64,000 nt of DNA from Lingula anatina (lineage: Eukaryota > Animalia > Brachiopoda). Shown here piece by piece: positions 1 through 12,680 of the stretch. Each line of letters begins with the position of its first letter. Within the stretch, counting starts at the first letter, position 1. Below the pieces are notes generated by a model. The model saw only the letters and a list, made by a program, of their open reading frames with translations, was not told the DNA's origin and did not search any database. The stretch is from positions 24,450,534 through 24,514,533 of the forward strand of contig CM120644.1 in NCBI GenBank assembly GCA_051362555.1, given 5' to 3'. The position numbers were made by a program, and so were the translations under genes.

Positions 1-855
1 GCATTCTGTCTTTAAAAATCCAGAGAGCTTATCGTCTAAAACGCTTCTTTGTAACAGTACCCTGAAGATATATTTTAGTGTGTTGTGACGTCACACTGTA
101 ACGTCGACGTCACTAGGTTCTTACCCACATATGCTAAGGCTCTTGTCACGTAAATCAGTACAATCAGCAGACCCCAACAGCGATCCATGACGGTGCTAAT
201 ATAAAACAAAATAAAATAAAACATAAACAAGAACATAAATGTTGGATCATAAATCTTGTGCAGAATATGAATATTCTTGGATTGCCAAATTGACGAGTAT
301 TCTACGCAGTTTTTGCATCGACCTCCTTGATTTCAGGTACTGTTCCAATGTAGATTATTTATTGTCAAGTACTTATCAATCTTCTGCCACTAATTTGTTG
401 CCGAACCTAGTTTTAACTAGTCTTAAAAGAGATATCTTATTGTTACATTCACACTCTACTCCGTATGAACCAGAATACAAGGTACGCGAATGGGGAGTGG
501 TGGAATTGGAAGAACTACATACTGAGATTAGAATACGGTATATTGGTCATAACTGTGCTGGGTTGACCGGGGCTTTTCAACCCTCAAACAAAACTTACCG
601 CAACGCTTTACTTGACATCTATTGTATTTTGTGATCCTTCATGTTTGACATGTTCAGTTCATTTTGAATTATGGTTAAGATTTTTTCTTTTGTTTTGTTT
701 TTAATAAAAAAAAATCTTTGTGCTAGAAAATTACCATCTGATAATAGTAAAACTGATGCGTGATGACCTCAAGATTAAAAGAATTATTTTATTATTATTA
801 TTATTATTATCAATATGTTTATTATGATTATTTGTTAGACAGTCCTTATTCAGTT

Positions 856-930
856 CAGAGGTACCCGGATCTGGGGGATAGAGCTCAGAGGTACCCGGAT
901 ACAGGGAGTGGAGTTCAGACGAACCCGGAT
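856..930 (+). repeat. Short tandem repeat, 3 copies, 30-bp period (core cagaggtacccggat)
   Basis: Core seen at 856, 886 and a variant (cagacgaacccggat) at 916. Confidence 0.6.
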
Positions 931-3900
931 TCAATAAAGGCAGCACGCGCTTCCGCACACCCCTCCTAATTACCATTTACTGGATGAATTCAGAACATCC
1001 CAAGTTAAGCAAGGAAAATTTTGCCTGCTTTCCTCACCCGTCTATCTTGGATAGATTGAACAACTAACCTGACTGTTATTAGAGATTTGAAAATTGTTGA
1101 CCCGAAATAACGATGATGTCGCTAACATAGAGCTGAACTTAATGATATAGATGTTTTATACAAAATGAGTTCATGATACGAATTCACGATGGCACTAATA
1201 ATAATAATAACAATCGTCTTTATATCGGAAGTGTAATTATCGCGGAAATGACACAATCGTTCCTAAAATTACTTGTTGCATGTTGGGAATCGACGACACA
1301 AAGCAAATTCCGTGCCACAGCTCAGTGCCCTTGAGTAATTGCTTTCCTTGCATTACGGCCAGTGCTTCAGTTACCCAAGTACACATGTCCTGTAAAACTA
1401 CACACTGAGCAATGCTTGATCTCAGGAGTTAACGGGAGTAGACCCACACAGCATATACAGTATATAACCATTCATAAGAAAATATGTCATCGCATTTACT
1501 CCATGTCATCACGAATAAATCATAAGGGATGTTCTTATTTTCTTTCAAAAGAAAGCGAATGCGTCGCTTTATTTTCGTTATATGGCCTGAATACATATTT
1601 TTTTCTTTCCTTTTGCTTCGTTTCTTCTTTCTTTTTTAGGATGGGGGGGGGGGAGAAAGCGGTATGTCAGTAGGTACATGTAAGAACGGGTTCGTGTAAC
1701 TGTGGCCCCCCTCCCCCCTCCCAAACATGCCATTGCTGTATTTGGAGAGAAAAAGAATGGATATCGGAATTCGACACTGCACACCGAGGCCTATATACAT
1801 AGTCTGTGAAATAGTGGTTGTACGTGGCAGTGACATCTGCTTTTTTGTTGTAGATAATTGAAACATAGTAAGTGCATTGTTTGATGTGTTTACAAGCGAA
1901 TGCAGATATAGTTTTTAAGGAATTACGGGAAAGGGTAAATCACGTTTTTGATTATTATATCTTGCCAGTTTGTTAGTTATAGTAAGTTATACAGTGACCC
2001 ACTTTATTGATAGTATAACGTACTAAACACTATAAAAATAATTCGCTGACACGCCTTTACGCAAATCCTGTTTTTCACTTGAATCTACAGTCACGGACAG
2101 AACTGCATTTGTCTATGTGCATGTGCGAATGTGTTCGTGTGTATGTGTGTATGTGAATGTGTGTATGTGTGTATTTCTGTGTGTGTGGAAAAGGAAAGAG
2201 AGAGAGAGAGAGGTGAAGACGTTCATGTATTGCATGCGGAATAGCGGAATCAAAGAGAACGTATCAAGACGTCTTACCTTGCTTTATGTGATCTCTTCCA
2301 GTAGGAATCAAAATCAACCCGGTAACAGATGACGTCCAGAAGTAAGTAGTGAGATAATAATAAAAAAAGTGCGAAATACCCCTCTCAAGTGCAACCGTGG
2401 CTCGGCTTGACCCTGTTGACGCACAAATGAAGTGCATAAACCGCATGCTGTACACTCACTGCTTACGCAACAGGATACGCGTGTCAGCTGGAGCGGCTTC
2501 CCGTAGAGCCGCATTTTGCAACCGACCGCATTTTGCAACCATGAAGGAAGCATTGCGGGTAATAACTGGGCAGCAGTTCAATAAATAATAAGAAAGAAAA
2601 TATCTGAGTTGTATTTGCTACCTCGCGTCACATGAAGAAGACAAGCCAATAACTTCGTCACAACTGCACTACAGACACTGGCCGAGGTAGCCAAGAAATC
2701 TTAAACGTGTTGACATTTTGGATTTATTTCATCAGTAAGAACATCGATAACACTGCTTTTCGACACATTAAATACTGAAAATTATCAAAGTCTTTATCTC
2801 ATTTAATACCTAAAAAAAAACTAATATCAAAAATGTTATTTATGGCAAAATTGTGGTACTCAAAACTGATAAAAATTGACTCAACTGCCTGCAGGAGGTA
2901 ACCTAGCAAACACCCTTGCATTTTATCTGTCAACTTGCTCTCATGTTGCCCAGTAATAAAAATGTAAACTAATATTTTTTTACTTAACTACTGAGAAGTA
3001 AAATAAAAGACTCCGATTGTTTGGACCATAACCTATACTTGCAATCTCCCCCACTCTAATTAATCAAAACCATCCCATGACACAACACATTAAAACATTT
3101 GTCAGAAGATGGGTTGGGGTTACTGGATATAACGCCAGTGAGGAGATAGTTAAATGTAAGTAAACTGACAACACTGTGTTCTCTTATACCGAGAATATCA
3201 AGAATATAACTCAAAAGCAATTGCACAAATCAGACAGAGCTTTATTTCGAGTTATTTTTTCTCCTTTCGTTCCTTCTCCGGGCGCCATTAAAAATATTTT
3301 CTTACAAAGAAACAGAACGACGGTTAAAAAAGAACAGATTGCCTTTTTTTGTGAGATGTCTACAAAACCAAGTAAAATATTTTGTTATCACACTAAACCC
3401 TGCCACATTGGAAAAGGCAGATAATCATGGTAGCCAAGGGTCCATGATTACAACAATACCGGTAGAAAACAAACTAGTGATTGAAATAAATCACGGCAAA
3501 GGGTGGAACAAAAAGAAAACCAAATTGCTGATATTTCCTGGAATAAACAATAAGTAATAAAAGCATAACAGCAGGAAATATAGAATTGTAGACTGACAAA
3601 TCAGAATGGAATATTCTGATTAACATGCAAATGACAATGAAAACAATTGAATGAGTGATCGGTTCCAAAGAATAGATTACAAATCCTCTTGCATTTGTAT
3701 GACAAGTCAAGTGAATAAATAGATGAAAGTTCCAATCGTTATTGTTGTCACCATTATAACAAATTGGTGGAGGATCTGGTCAATGAGCCCAGTGTGTCTC
3801 GCAATATGTTACTTCAATCAACAACAGTCACCATCAGTTTTCCAAAAGAGGCCATAACATTTCCAACAATTGCATGACTAAGCTTCAAAATGATTTGGCT

Positions 3901-4454
3901 ACAAAAGACCCTTGGGTTTCATTAGGGTTATTGGGCTTATTGCCCAATGATAACAATTAGCCTAGGTATCAAAGTCAGGTGATTGGCATTGATAGTGGCT
4001 TAATGAAAAAGACACGTTCTTTTGAAACAAAATACGTCTAAGAAAGTGAACAGAAATTTGAAATTGTAACATCTAGCAGTGAGTCGTCTGAAGAAGAAGA
4101 AATACTACATGAAAGTTCACACCAACAGACCGTTCTTCACAAGTGCAGTTAATTAGACCAAGTTGTCAAACAAAGGTCACAATCATTTTTTTGAAAAGGC
4201 CAAACTGCGACAAATCTTCGAGTTTGAAGGGCCATTCATCGTTAAACAAAAATCCATCTCAAACCGTCCAGAGTCTCCCATCATTATTAGTAACGATGAC
4301 GACGACACAAACAACTCCGAGAACGACAGAGTCCGCTCAGAGTCTCCAATCGTTATTGACCTCAGTGAAGAAGAAGCAAAATACGCTGAACGTTCAAGAT
4401 CGCCAGATGAACAGTTTATTAACAATTGAAAAAAAAACTAACAAGAAAATAACA

Positions 4455-4960
4455 ATGTCCTCAGATCTAGGGTTAGCTCCAGAAAAATTCAGAGGAAATG
4501 GAGATGAAGATGTAAAGAGGTGGCTGACTCATTTTATAAACTACGTCAGCTATAAAGAGCTAGAAGGGGAGCAAATAACTTCCATTTTTCCTTTGTTGCT
4601 AAAGCAGTCAGCGTTGCATTGGTATGAGTCTTGTCAGCTAGAGTACAGAAAGACTGGGAATCCTTTGAGGGTGAGTTTTGGCAATGATATCAGCTGAGAG
4701 GTTTGGGAAACTTGGTCGAAGGCATTGGAATTTTTTTCTGAAGACATCAAAGGCAAGACGAACCAGTGCAGAATTATATAGCGTCGATGCGACATGATGC
4801 GAAACGTGCTCAATTGGATGAGGGTATGGCCCTAGTAATAAATGGGTTAATCCCAGAAATAAGACCATTTGTGCTGCAAAGGGAACCCGCCAATTTCGAC
4901 TCATTGATGCATCACGCCCGAATTGCAGAAAATGCAGTCCAACCTACAAGAAGAAGTTAA
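4455..4960 (+). mobile_element. Degenerate Ty3/Gypsy-type gag remnant (copy 1)
   Basis: PEKFRGNGDEDVKRWLTHF...FPLLLKQSALHWYE then, after frameshifts, INGLIPEIRPFVLQREPANFDSLMHHARIAE; resembles retrotransposon gag; no pol found. Confidence 0.7.
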
Positions 4961-6761
4961 CAGTCCGACATATAATGATTAAACAAAATATCGACGTTCT
5001 AAAAAATTCCATTAGTGACGCTGTCCTGGCCAGTAAGAAGCCTGCAGTACAAATGTTACAGAACCCGACACAGGTCCTGAATGTTGGAAACATCATGCCT
5101 ACAAGAGCAAGATCATTGATTTCCATAAGAAAGTTTGATGCCAATGGCATCGCGCACGGGTGCATCATCCAACGCAACTTACCACCACGAAGGAGAATTA
5201 GAGTATAAATACTTATAAAATTGTAAGAAAAGCGGGTGGTTAATAAATGATTAAATACTCCAGAATGTCGCGGTAGTTACAATAGTTGATATGAAAAGGT
5301 TGCTTCCACAAATCAGGCCATTTGTGGTACAGAGGCAGCCCACTGACTTGGAACCCCTGATGACCTTAGCAGAAATTTAGAGTAACTGTAAGTAGTACGG
5401 TTTGAACAGAGCGACTAGTTCTGAAAGTTTTAACAAAAAGTAAACCTATTGATTCAGACAGAAAAAAAGTCAGCACCAAGTCTTAACTTTTGGTGTCAAT
5501 GTCACATTGTCAGTGTAACAGTGAAGAGTGACAGTAATCAGGAAAATCTCACACAACCAACATGTAACACTGTAACAACATAAACAGCACCTTACTCCAT
5601 CAGTGTTGCGGAGAGTTATTTTCATAAATTTGAATATGAAGACTGTTAGTGATGGATGAATCAGGTTAAAGAAGACAGACTATAAAAATTACTCCCCCTT
5701 GAGGCAGCAGCTAGCATACCAAGTGCCCTTCATATACCTGACCATAACCTATGGATAGGACAAGGCAGAAAACAAGGATAGCAGGTCTTGGAAAACAAGT
5801 TCCAAGGTACTACAAGCTAATATCTCTCTGAACTTGAGAATGGAAGATTTAGTCTGAAAGTAAAAACTCCTCGAGTTCATTGCAGACATTTGACATAAAA
5901 TTCAGTATGAAGGGCTACTCTACAGCAGACAATGCTACAGGTGGGATCATTGCCTTGCATCATTTAACACATTATAACAGGCTGCCCTTTACTAGGCTGC
6001 AGTGGCAGTGGGAATGGAGAATCCCGCCAACTTAGATGAAGCTGCTGAAGAGTTAGACATAAACAATAGTCAGAAAGAAGAGACCTTGAAAAGACCAGGG
6101 GTGACAGTAATGAAAACAGATAGTGCTAGTGCTGAGAGGCAGCTGAAAAGATTCTGAGAAAAAAATGACAAAAAAGTAGACAAATTAGAACACTCGTTTT
6201 AAAGAGGCAAAAATCCAGATCCAGCAAGAAAGCCCTCGCCTCCGGAAAATGACTGGAAATCAAACTTGGGTTCAGGCAGTGCTTTAATTGAAGAGAAATT
6301 GATTGCAGAACTGAATGACGCTTTTTTTAACTTCAAATTGTAATGATGAGACCTTTATAAGGGCTCATGTACTTGGTGCTCATACTTTCTAAATGATCTT
6401 GTACAGGTTTTACCAAGATAGGAGGCATGGTAAAATCAAGGAAAAATAGACTGGTAAGATACTAATCAATGACAGCACATGGACATATTTTAATAAATTA
6501 TATTTCAATTCACTGTCTTGCCAATTCTTAGAGAGTCATTGCTATCATTTACTAGTATAGAACTAGTATAGTTGCTCCTGCTGCCACCTATCTTTGAAAT
6601 GTACATGTAAGCTGCAACATGTTAAAATACATTGGGTCACTATGCTCTAAGGGGGTATTCATTCCAGTTCTTGTTCTAAGCCATCTGGCTTCTTTTCTTG
6701 TATGATTATCTTGAGTCACTTTTCTTTCTTCTGCATTAAATGTTTTGTTTTGAATTGTCAT

Positions 6762-6827
6762 TCATTCTGACACCAGATGGCACCTTCCTGGAAGACGAGA
6801 CTGCAGAAGATCCCAGGCTTTCTCTAC
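6762..6827 (-). pseudogene. COASY: Duplicated COASY terminal exon (copy in unit 1)
   Basis: ctgttacag|GTA GAG AAA GCC TGG... = [21 protein letters not shown], homologous to 27251-27201; acceptor intact. Confidence 0.85.
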
Positions 6828-7105
6828 CTGTAACAGAGGAAGATATCTTTATGACTTTCAGCTGTGAAATTCAGCATTCTGTCATGAGTTGCCTGTGTAT
6901 TTAAACAATATTTTTTGCTACTTCTTCTCACAAAATTCAAATGATTAAATAAAAAAAGCTTACAACAAAAATACAAAAAGTTATGCTTAATTCATAAATA
7001 ATAAATAAATAAGACATTTTATCACTTCATCTTGAGAGAGATTTTCACCAGAACTAACATTGAAAAATGCATTTAAACAAAAATAATAATTATTAATGGT
7101 TATTA

Positions 7106-7255
7106 CAGTGTGGCTATGGACGGCCAGACTAGGTAGTTCAACAGGTTCATTTGGCTCTGTGGGTGGGAAAAACACGTGTATTAAGGAATTGGTATGATTA
7201 CAGTGTGGCTATGGACGGCCAGACTAGGGAGTTCAACAGGTCCATCTGACTCTGT

Positions 7256-7287
<32 letters not shown>

Positions 7288-7335
7288 GAGAGTGAAATCA
7301 GGTGTATGAAGGAATTGGTAGTATAATTACAGGGA
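7106..7335 (-). pseudogene. COASY: Two tandem fragments of COASY coding exon 6 5' end plus flanking intron
   Basis: agtgtggctatggacggccagactagg(g/t)agttcaacagg at ~7106 and ~7202 match 28168-28220. Confidence 0.85.
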
Positions 7336-8348
7336 GCATATTATAAAAGAACCCCCTATATATCAGATCTAGGTTCTAGGATATAAGGGACTAACATGTT
7401 GCAAAGTCCAGTTCAGTTCATGGTGAATTGTAGGTCAATGGCCAATTTGAAGGTCACAGTTTGATTGCCAGTATATTACATCCTATTCACCTTCAATAGT
7501 AACTATGGACCTACATGTATCTCTGCAGGTTCTCATAGTCTACGCTGGTGGTACAATGACAATTAACTCTACCTTTAGGATTTTATGCATTTTAAATAAA
7601 GAGTGCGTATGTGTGAGCAGTGGGGTGGGGTGACAGTAACAGATATTTAATTACCCCACTCAGAAATCACTTTTTCAAACAGTGATTGCTAGTTTTTTAT
7701 ATTTATCGCTAATCAAATAGCTGGCATCTTATATGACGGACATCCCGAATGCGGCTGTTTGAGTGGTGGTGACGGAAGTCAGTAGGAGGGAATTTGATTT
7801 TTTTACAACATTGATGGCATTTTTCTGTTGAAATATAGTTTCAAAGATTCACAAGTCCTCAGATAATTTCAACAAGAAGTAGTGCATGTGACTAATGTGC
7901 TTTAAATTTCTTTTCTTTGGCACTTAAAGATCAGATCAGATTCTATTCCAAAGTTAAAAGTGTGAGGTTGCTAATCCATTCTCTAATAGACTACATATGA
8001 CGGAAAAAATTGAGAAAACTTATATCATTTCCCTCAGTGTTGGCAGTGACTGTCACATTTACTGGGCCACTGTGGGTGTTTTACAGGTATTTCACATACT
8101 TTACCACACAGCAAAATAAAAATACCAGCAGACATGGTTTTATTTGTTTAACCTGAGCTTAGATAAAGAATAACACAACTGTGTTACCAGGCACGAATTT
8201 AGTTGGTGTGCTAGCTGTTAATTTTAGGTGAGCTTCAAGAAAAAATCAGTTATCAACATTTTTTTACCTAATAAATAAATAAGAAGAAGAATTGCACTGC
8301 ATAGATGTATGTTAAAAAATCCGCAGTTGATATATAATGATAATGCAA

Positions 8349-8351
<3 letters not shown>

Positions 8352-8391
<40 letters not shown>

Positions 8392-8410
8392 ATATATATA
8401 TATATATATA
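8352..8410. repeat. (CT)n(AT)n compound microsatellite (longer version at 18694-18792)
   Basis: Direct reading. Confidence 0.95.
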
Positions 8411-8889
8411 CTTTGATCAAATATTCCTCTGTTATATCATATAATGGCCAATTAAAACCTGAGAGGTTTCCTTCACACAAAACGAGACAGTAATACCTAC
8501 ATTCATGGCTCTATTTTAATAGTCTGAGCTTAAGAGTAAACACAATGCAACTATGTCAACACACAATCAATGTTCCTGCTATGTTGAGGTCAGCGTCAAG
8601 TGATAAGCAAACGCCATGTTTTTCTCTACCTTTGCACAGTTCTAAAGGGGACAGGAAAAAAACAGGACGGATATTTGAGGAATTAATTTAAAATCAGACG
8701 TGTTAAATATGACAGTAAGTCAGATAAAGGACATAGTGGTACTTGTGATCTCTGTCGGTCAAAGCTGTAGAATTGTGAGGTAGAGAGAAAATTAAGCATT
8801 TTTTTGACAATTTCTAGACTGAGTTATTCAATACCAAAGGCAACAAAACCAGCGCAATCACCCTTTGTAAATTAAAGAGACAGCCAGTC

Positions 8890-10713
8890 ATGGCAGAAGT
8901 ACTAGCAGCAGATATCAAAGAGAATATCTTGACATGCAACATCTGTCTGGTAGAGTATGAAGACCCCCGTGTGCTGCCTTGCTACCATACATTTTGTTAT
9001 GGTTGTATATCTGACCATGCTACACGCACTCTGACTTCAAATAGAACATTTCTGTGTCCCGTGTGTAGAGAAGAGATCCAGTTTCCAGCTGGTGGACTTA
9101 ACCAACTGAAAAAGAATTTCATCTTTAGCAAGACCAAGGACATCATAACCAAGCAGCAAGAGAGACAGACATTAGAAGAGGAACAGGCCACTGTAGCAGC
9201 AGTGACACAGGCCATTGCACAGATGACCATCAGTTGTGAGAAACATCTTAATAACGAATTGAAATATTACTGTGAAGATGACGATACTGTTATATGTTGT
9301 GAATGTATAATAACAGAACATAGCGGCCATCGTATTTCGTCAGTTGAGCAAGTTGCAAAATGCAACAGAGATAAAATTAAAGCTGCTCTTGTGAGAACCA
9401 TGAAAACGACGGACATGTTTAAAGAGTCAGTTGCCATGGAAACAGCCAATGATACAGAGGACTCTCATATCAAGACGCTCACTATCACAAACATGAAAAA
9501 GCAAGCTCAGATTATGCACAAATTGATTGATCAGAGGGTAGAGACATTGATATCAGAATTGAATTCTGCTTATGATGTCAGAAAGAAACAGAAGGAGGCA
9601 AACAAAGATATCCTTGAATTTCACCATTCTTCCTTGCACAGTGCCTGTGACTTTGCCCAGGAACTTATCACTAATGGCACTGACTCTGAAATCATGCTTC
9701 ATGCAAAATCTCTGATAGAAAGACTGGCAGCAATGGAGAAAACACCTGTCCCAACTCCAGACACACCAGCACAGATATCATACAAACCTGGTGAGATATC
9801 AACTGACGGACTTGAGGCCATGTTAGGACAGGTGACAGTACAGTCACAAAGTCCATTAGCTGGACTGGAAACAAATCCAAGATCAGCACCAAATCTTCCA
9901 GTTTTCTTAGAGAAAGCAGAGTGTGTGCGTTCCTTCAGTGCTGTGGTGGGAGATGACAAAGGAAGAATATTAATGACTGGATTGACCATTGATGAGCGAT
10001 ATATGTATGTTGTGGATGGATATGAATCTCGGAGAAGGAGAGGGAATGACAGAACAAAAATGTTCACACATGATGGAGAATTCAAGTTTTACATTGAACT
10101 GAACAATCCGTTTGATGTGGCAGTGTCACAAACTGGTCACATGTATATGACATCACTGGGTGACAAATGTGTGAAAGTGTACTCCACCAAAGGCAAGCAG
10201 GTGACAACCATGGGTCACGGTCTACTGGAGGATCCACGGGGTATCACACTGAACAGACAAGGTCATGTGATGGTTTGTGACAGAGGAAAGATGTCCATCT
10301 TCACATTCTATGCAGCCAGTGGACAGCTTCTGGACACTATTCCACTCAATATGTGTGCAGATCCACAGTACATCACAGTAAACAGTGTAAATGATAACAT
10401 TGTGATATCAGACTTCGAAAAACACTGCGTACATGTGCTGTCACCTACTGGTGATCAGCTGTACCAGTATGTTGGTAATGGCCAGTTAAGGAAACCATGT
10501 GGAGTGTGCACAGACAGCAATGGTCACATCTTCATTGCTGAATGGGGTAAAAGACGGATAGTGGCACTGAGTCCACAGGGATATTTTATCAGATACATTG
10601 CCACTAAGGCTGATGGGTTGAATTCTCCCATAGCATTAGCCATCAACCCTGCTGGCCAGCTGGTGGTAGCAGAAGAGTGGGGCAGAGTTAAGATATTTCA
10701 GTACTTACAGTAA
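8890..10713 (+). CDS. TRIM-NHL E3 ligase-like protein, 607 aa, single coding exon (paralog A)
   Basis: [22 protein letters not shown]; B-box CEKH..YYCEDDDTVICCEC..H..H; coiled-coil; NHL repeats ([39 protein letters not shown]); no filamin domain evident. Confidence 0.95.
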   Translation: MAEVLAADIKENILTCNICLVEYEDPRVLPCYHTFCYGCISDHATRTLTSNRTFLCPVCREEIQFPAGGLNQLKKNFIFSKTKDIITKQQERQTLEEEQATVAAVTQAIAQMTISCEKHLNNELKYYCEDDDTVICCECIITEHSGHRISSVEQVAKCNRDKIKAALVRTMKTTDMFKESVAMETANDTEDSHIKTLTITNMKKQAQIMHKLIDQRVETLISELNSAYDVRKKQKEANKDILEFHHSSLHSACDFAQELITNGTDSEIMLHAKSLIERLAAMEKTPVPTPDTPAQISYKPGEISTDGLEAMLGQVTVQSQSPLAGLETNPRSAPNLPVFLEKAECVRSFSAVVGDDKGRILMTGLTIDERYMYVVDGYESRRRRGNDRTKMFTHDGEFKFYIELNNPFDVAVSQTGHMYMTSLGDKCVKVYSTKGKQVTTMGHGLLEDPRGITLNRQGHVMVCDRGKMSIFTFYAASGQLLDTIPLNMCADPQYITVNSVNDNIVISDFEKHCVHVLSPTGDQLYQYVGNGQLRKPCGVCTDSNGHIFIAEWGKRRIVALSPQGYFIRYIATKADGLNSPIALAINPAGQLVVAEEWGRVKIFQYLQ

Positions 10714-12071
10714 ATAGTGATTACATTTAATAATAATTAAAATATATATCAAACCCATGATGTTTATTAATACATTTGTAAAACAAAAAAAATGAGAATA
10801 GGCTGTAGGAACCAGAACATGAGATATAGTTAGTTACAGTTGTGTAACAGAGTGGAAGAGAAACTGTATTAATATATCATAATACTGAATACATACCTCT
10901 AGCTTAACAGTATTGGTGTAAAATTCTGTCAAATTATACTTATTTATTGCTACAGTGGACATGTCGCAAGTGTCAACCAGGCTTCAGACTCAGAAAATGG
11001 TAAAACGGTTTTCCGCTTATCGTGTTATCATTGAAAATGCACGGCTACGCCTAAAGACAATTTTTAATTAAAATTGCATATCGCTTGCTGCACGACCATG
11101 CATTTAACCTTGTTGCCGAGTTCTAAATTGTATACAAACGTGTTTCGTGAGAACTCAGGAAGTGCCCCATTTTATCATATCATAAGGGTTGCTGATGTGA
11201 CAGGAATGGAACTCTGGTGTCCCGTTTGATAAGAACAGGTTAGGGTTGGTTGGACTATTGGGATAAGTGTATACAGGTAGGACGAATGTTACCTATCCAA
11301 AGTAATGAGAAGTGGACTACAGTCCCTAGAGGAATTCCATTCCTGTCACACCTACAGTGTGTTGACGGGGTACAACGCTGATTTGCTTGTTCAAATAAGG
11401 AACCCCACGATAGCCCCAAAATTGTTGCCAGAAGTTTATTTGTCAGCATGAGTTCAAAGCGTGAATCTGTCACTTGGTTTAATATTAGATTTCACTGGAG
11501 CAAAGGAATATAGAAACACAAGGAGTATTGGTATGAAAAATTTTATTATACAATGGACATCGCTATGAATACATATATGTACAGTGTACACTAATACGTC
11601 AAGTAACGTAATCACAAAAAATTAATTAAACAAAGATACAAATTTGAAATCAAAACAGTTAGATAACAACCTGATTATACAGATGTGCTCAATATTGATG
11701 TCATGTTCGTTTTTATTACCCTTTAACTTCAATTCTAAGCGCAGAGAATGCGGTATATAATAGCCAAGCTTAATACCAGTATGACTTGAATGGTAGTCCG
11801 CAGGGAACCTATTCCGTTCCCCATTTTTTATGCAGGTGACATTTCTCCAATTTACTAACCCAAATAGTTTGACTAACCCTAACCTACATTCATATTATAG
11901 TACCCCGGACTTCCATTCCTAGCACTATCATTCCTGCCACACCAGATTTACCCGAATTTAAGCTGGCCGAAAGAAAACCCTGCTCTCTTAAAGTCCACTT
12001 GTTTGCCTTGGCCGTCTTTTATTAAACAGCACAGCTGGCAATTAGCAGCACACTGTACATATCAAGGTTAT

Positions 12072-12680
12072 ATGGCAGCAGTCTTACCAGAGTTGTCGAG
12101 ATTTGATGACAGTGAGGGAAGCACAAGAACGTGATGGCTAAAGAGGCACAAAAAGATTTGACGACTTGCAAACCGGGATGACTGTGAATGACGGCGATGG
12201 CGAAAGATAACGTGCACAGCTTCTACACTATGATGGGGCAGACGTAAACGGGAAGGAGACTGCGGTAAACCCCTATCTACTCTGCTGCTAGTCGAGAAGG
12301 AGCTTCATTAGTCTGGCCTCTATTGCCTGCTCAGCCCCATTGGGAAACCAGTCTGGTGACGGTGAGCAAGAGCGGGTTTGCAGTTTCCCTCTGCTGGAAC
12401 CGCCGGTCTGGAAGAGATGAGTACGAAGCCAATGCCCAGATGAGGTAAAGCAACTCTTTTTCCATTAGGCTAGCAAAAATGAGGAAGAGACATTTGGAGA
12501 CATGTTTTTATGTGACGCAGAACACGCAAGAGAATACTTCACCTGCAGGCCAATTTCAGAAACTGGAGAATAAAGTTAACCTGACTGCGAGCGATAGCCA
12601 AGCATTTCAGAGAGAAATAGCGGAGCATTTAAGGTGAGACATAAGAAATGCAATGTCGAGCGCAGCCGCTCTGAGTTAAT
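12072..12680 (+). mobile_element. Degenerate Gypsy gag remnant of a second family
   Basis: Frameshifted MAAVLPELSRFD..WLKR..RFDDL..ER*RAQLLHYDGADV and later RHVF; resembles the gag N-terminal motif KRALLLHYAG. Confidence 0.5.

Noticed and set aside
239-634. 131-aa ORF and possible minus-strand exon pieces at 1-600
   Set aside because: No recognisable domain; splice-like sites could not be joined into a supported model
1300-1460. SINE-core-like motif (gtgcccttgag)
   Set aside because: No A/B boxes, tail or TSD recognised
2330-2690. Possible LTR plus primer-binding site (AATAAA...tggccgagg) ahead of the gag block
   Set aside because: No second LTR and no clear TG...CA ends in the window
8997-10085. 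Minus-strand ORFs overlapping TRIM A (and the equivalents over B and C)
   Set aside because: Antisense shadows of the real CDS
11873-11885. ctaaccctaacct telomere-like motif (also ~22240)
   Set aside because: Only about two units; common inside invertebrate repeats and not an interstitial telomere array
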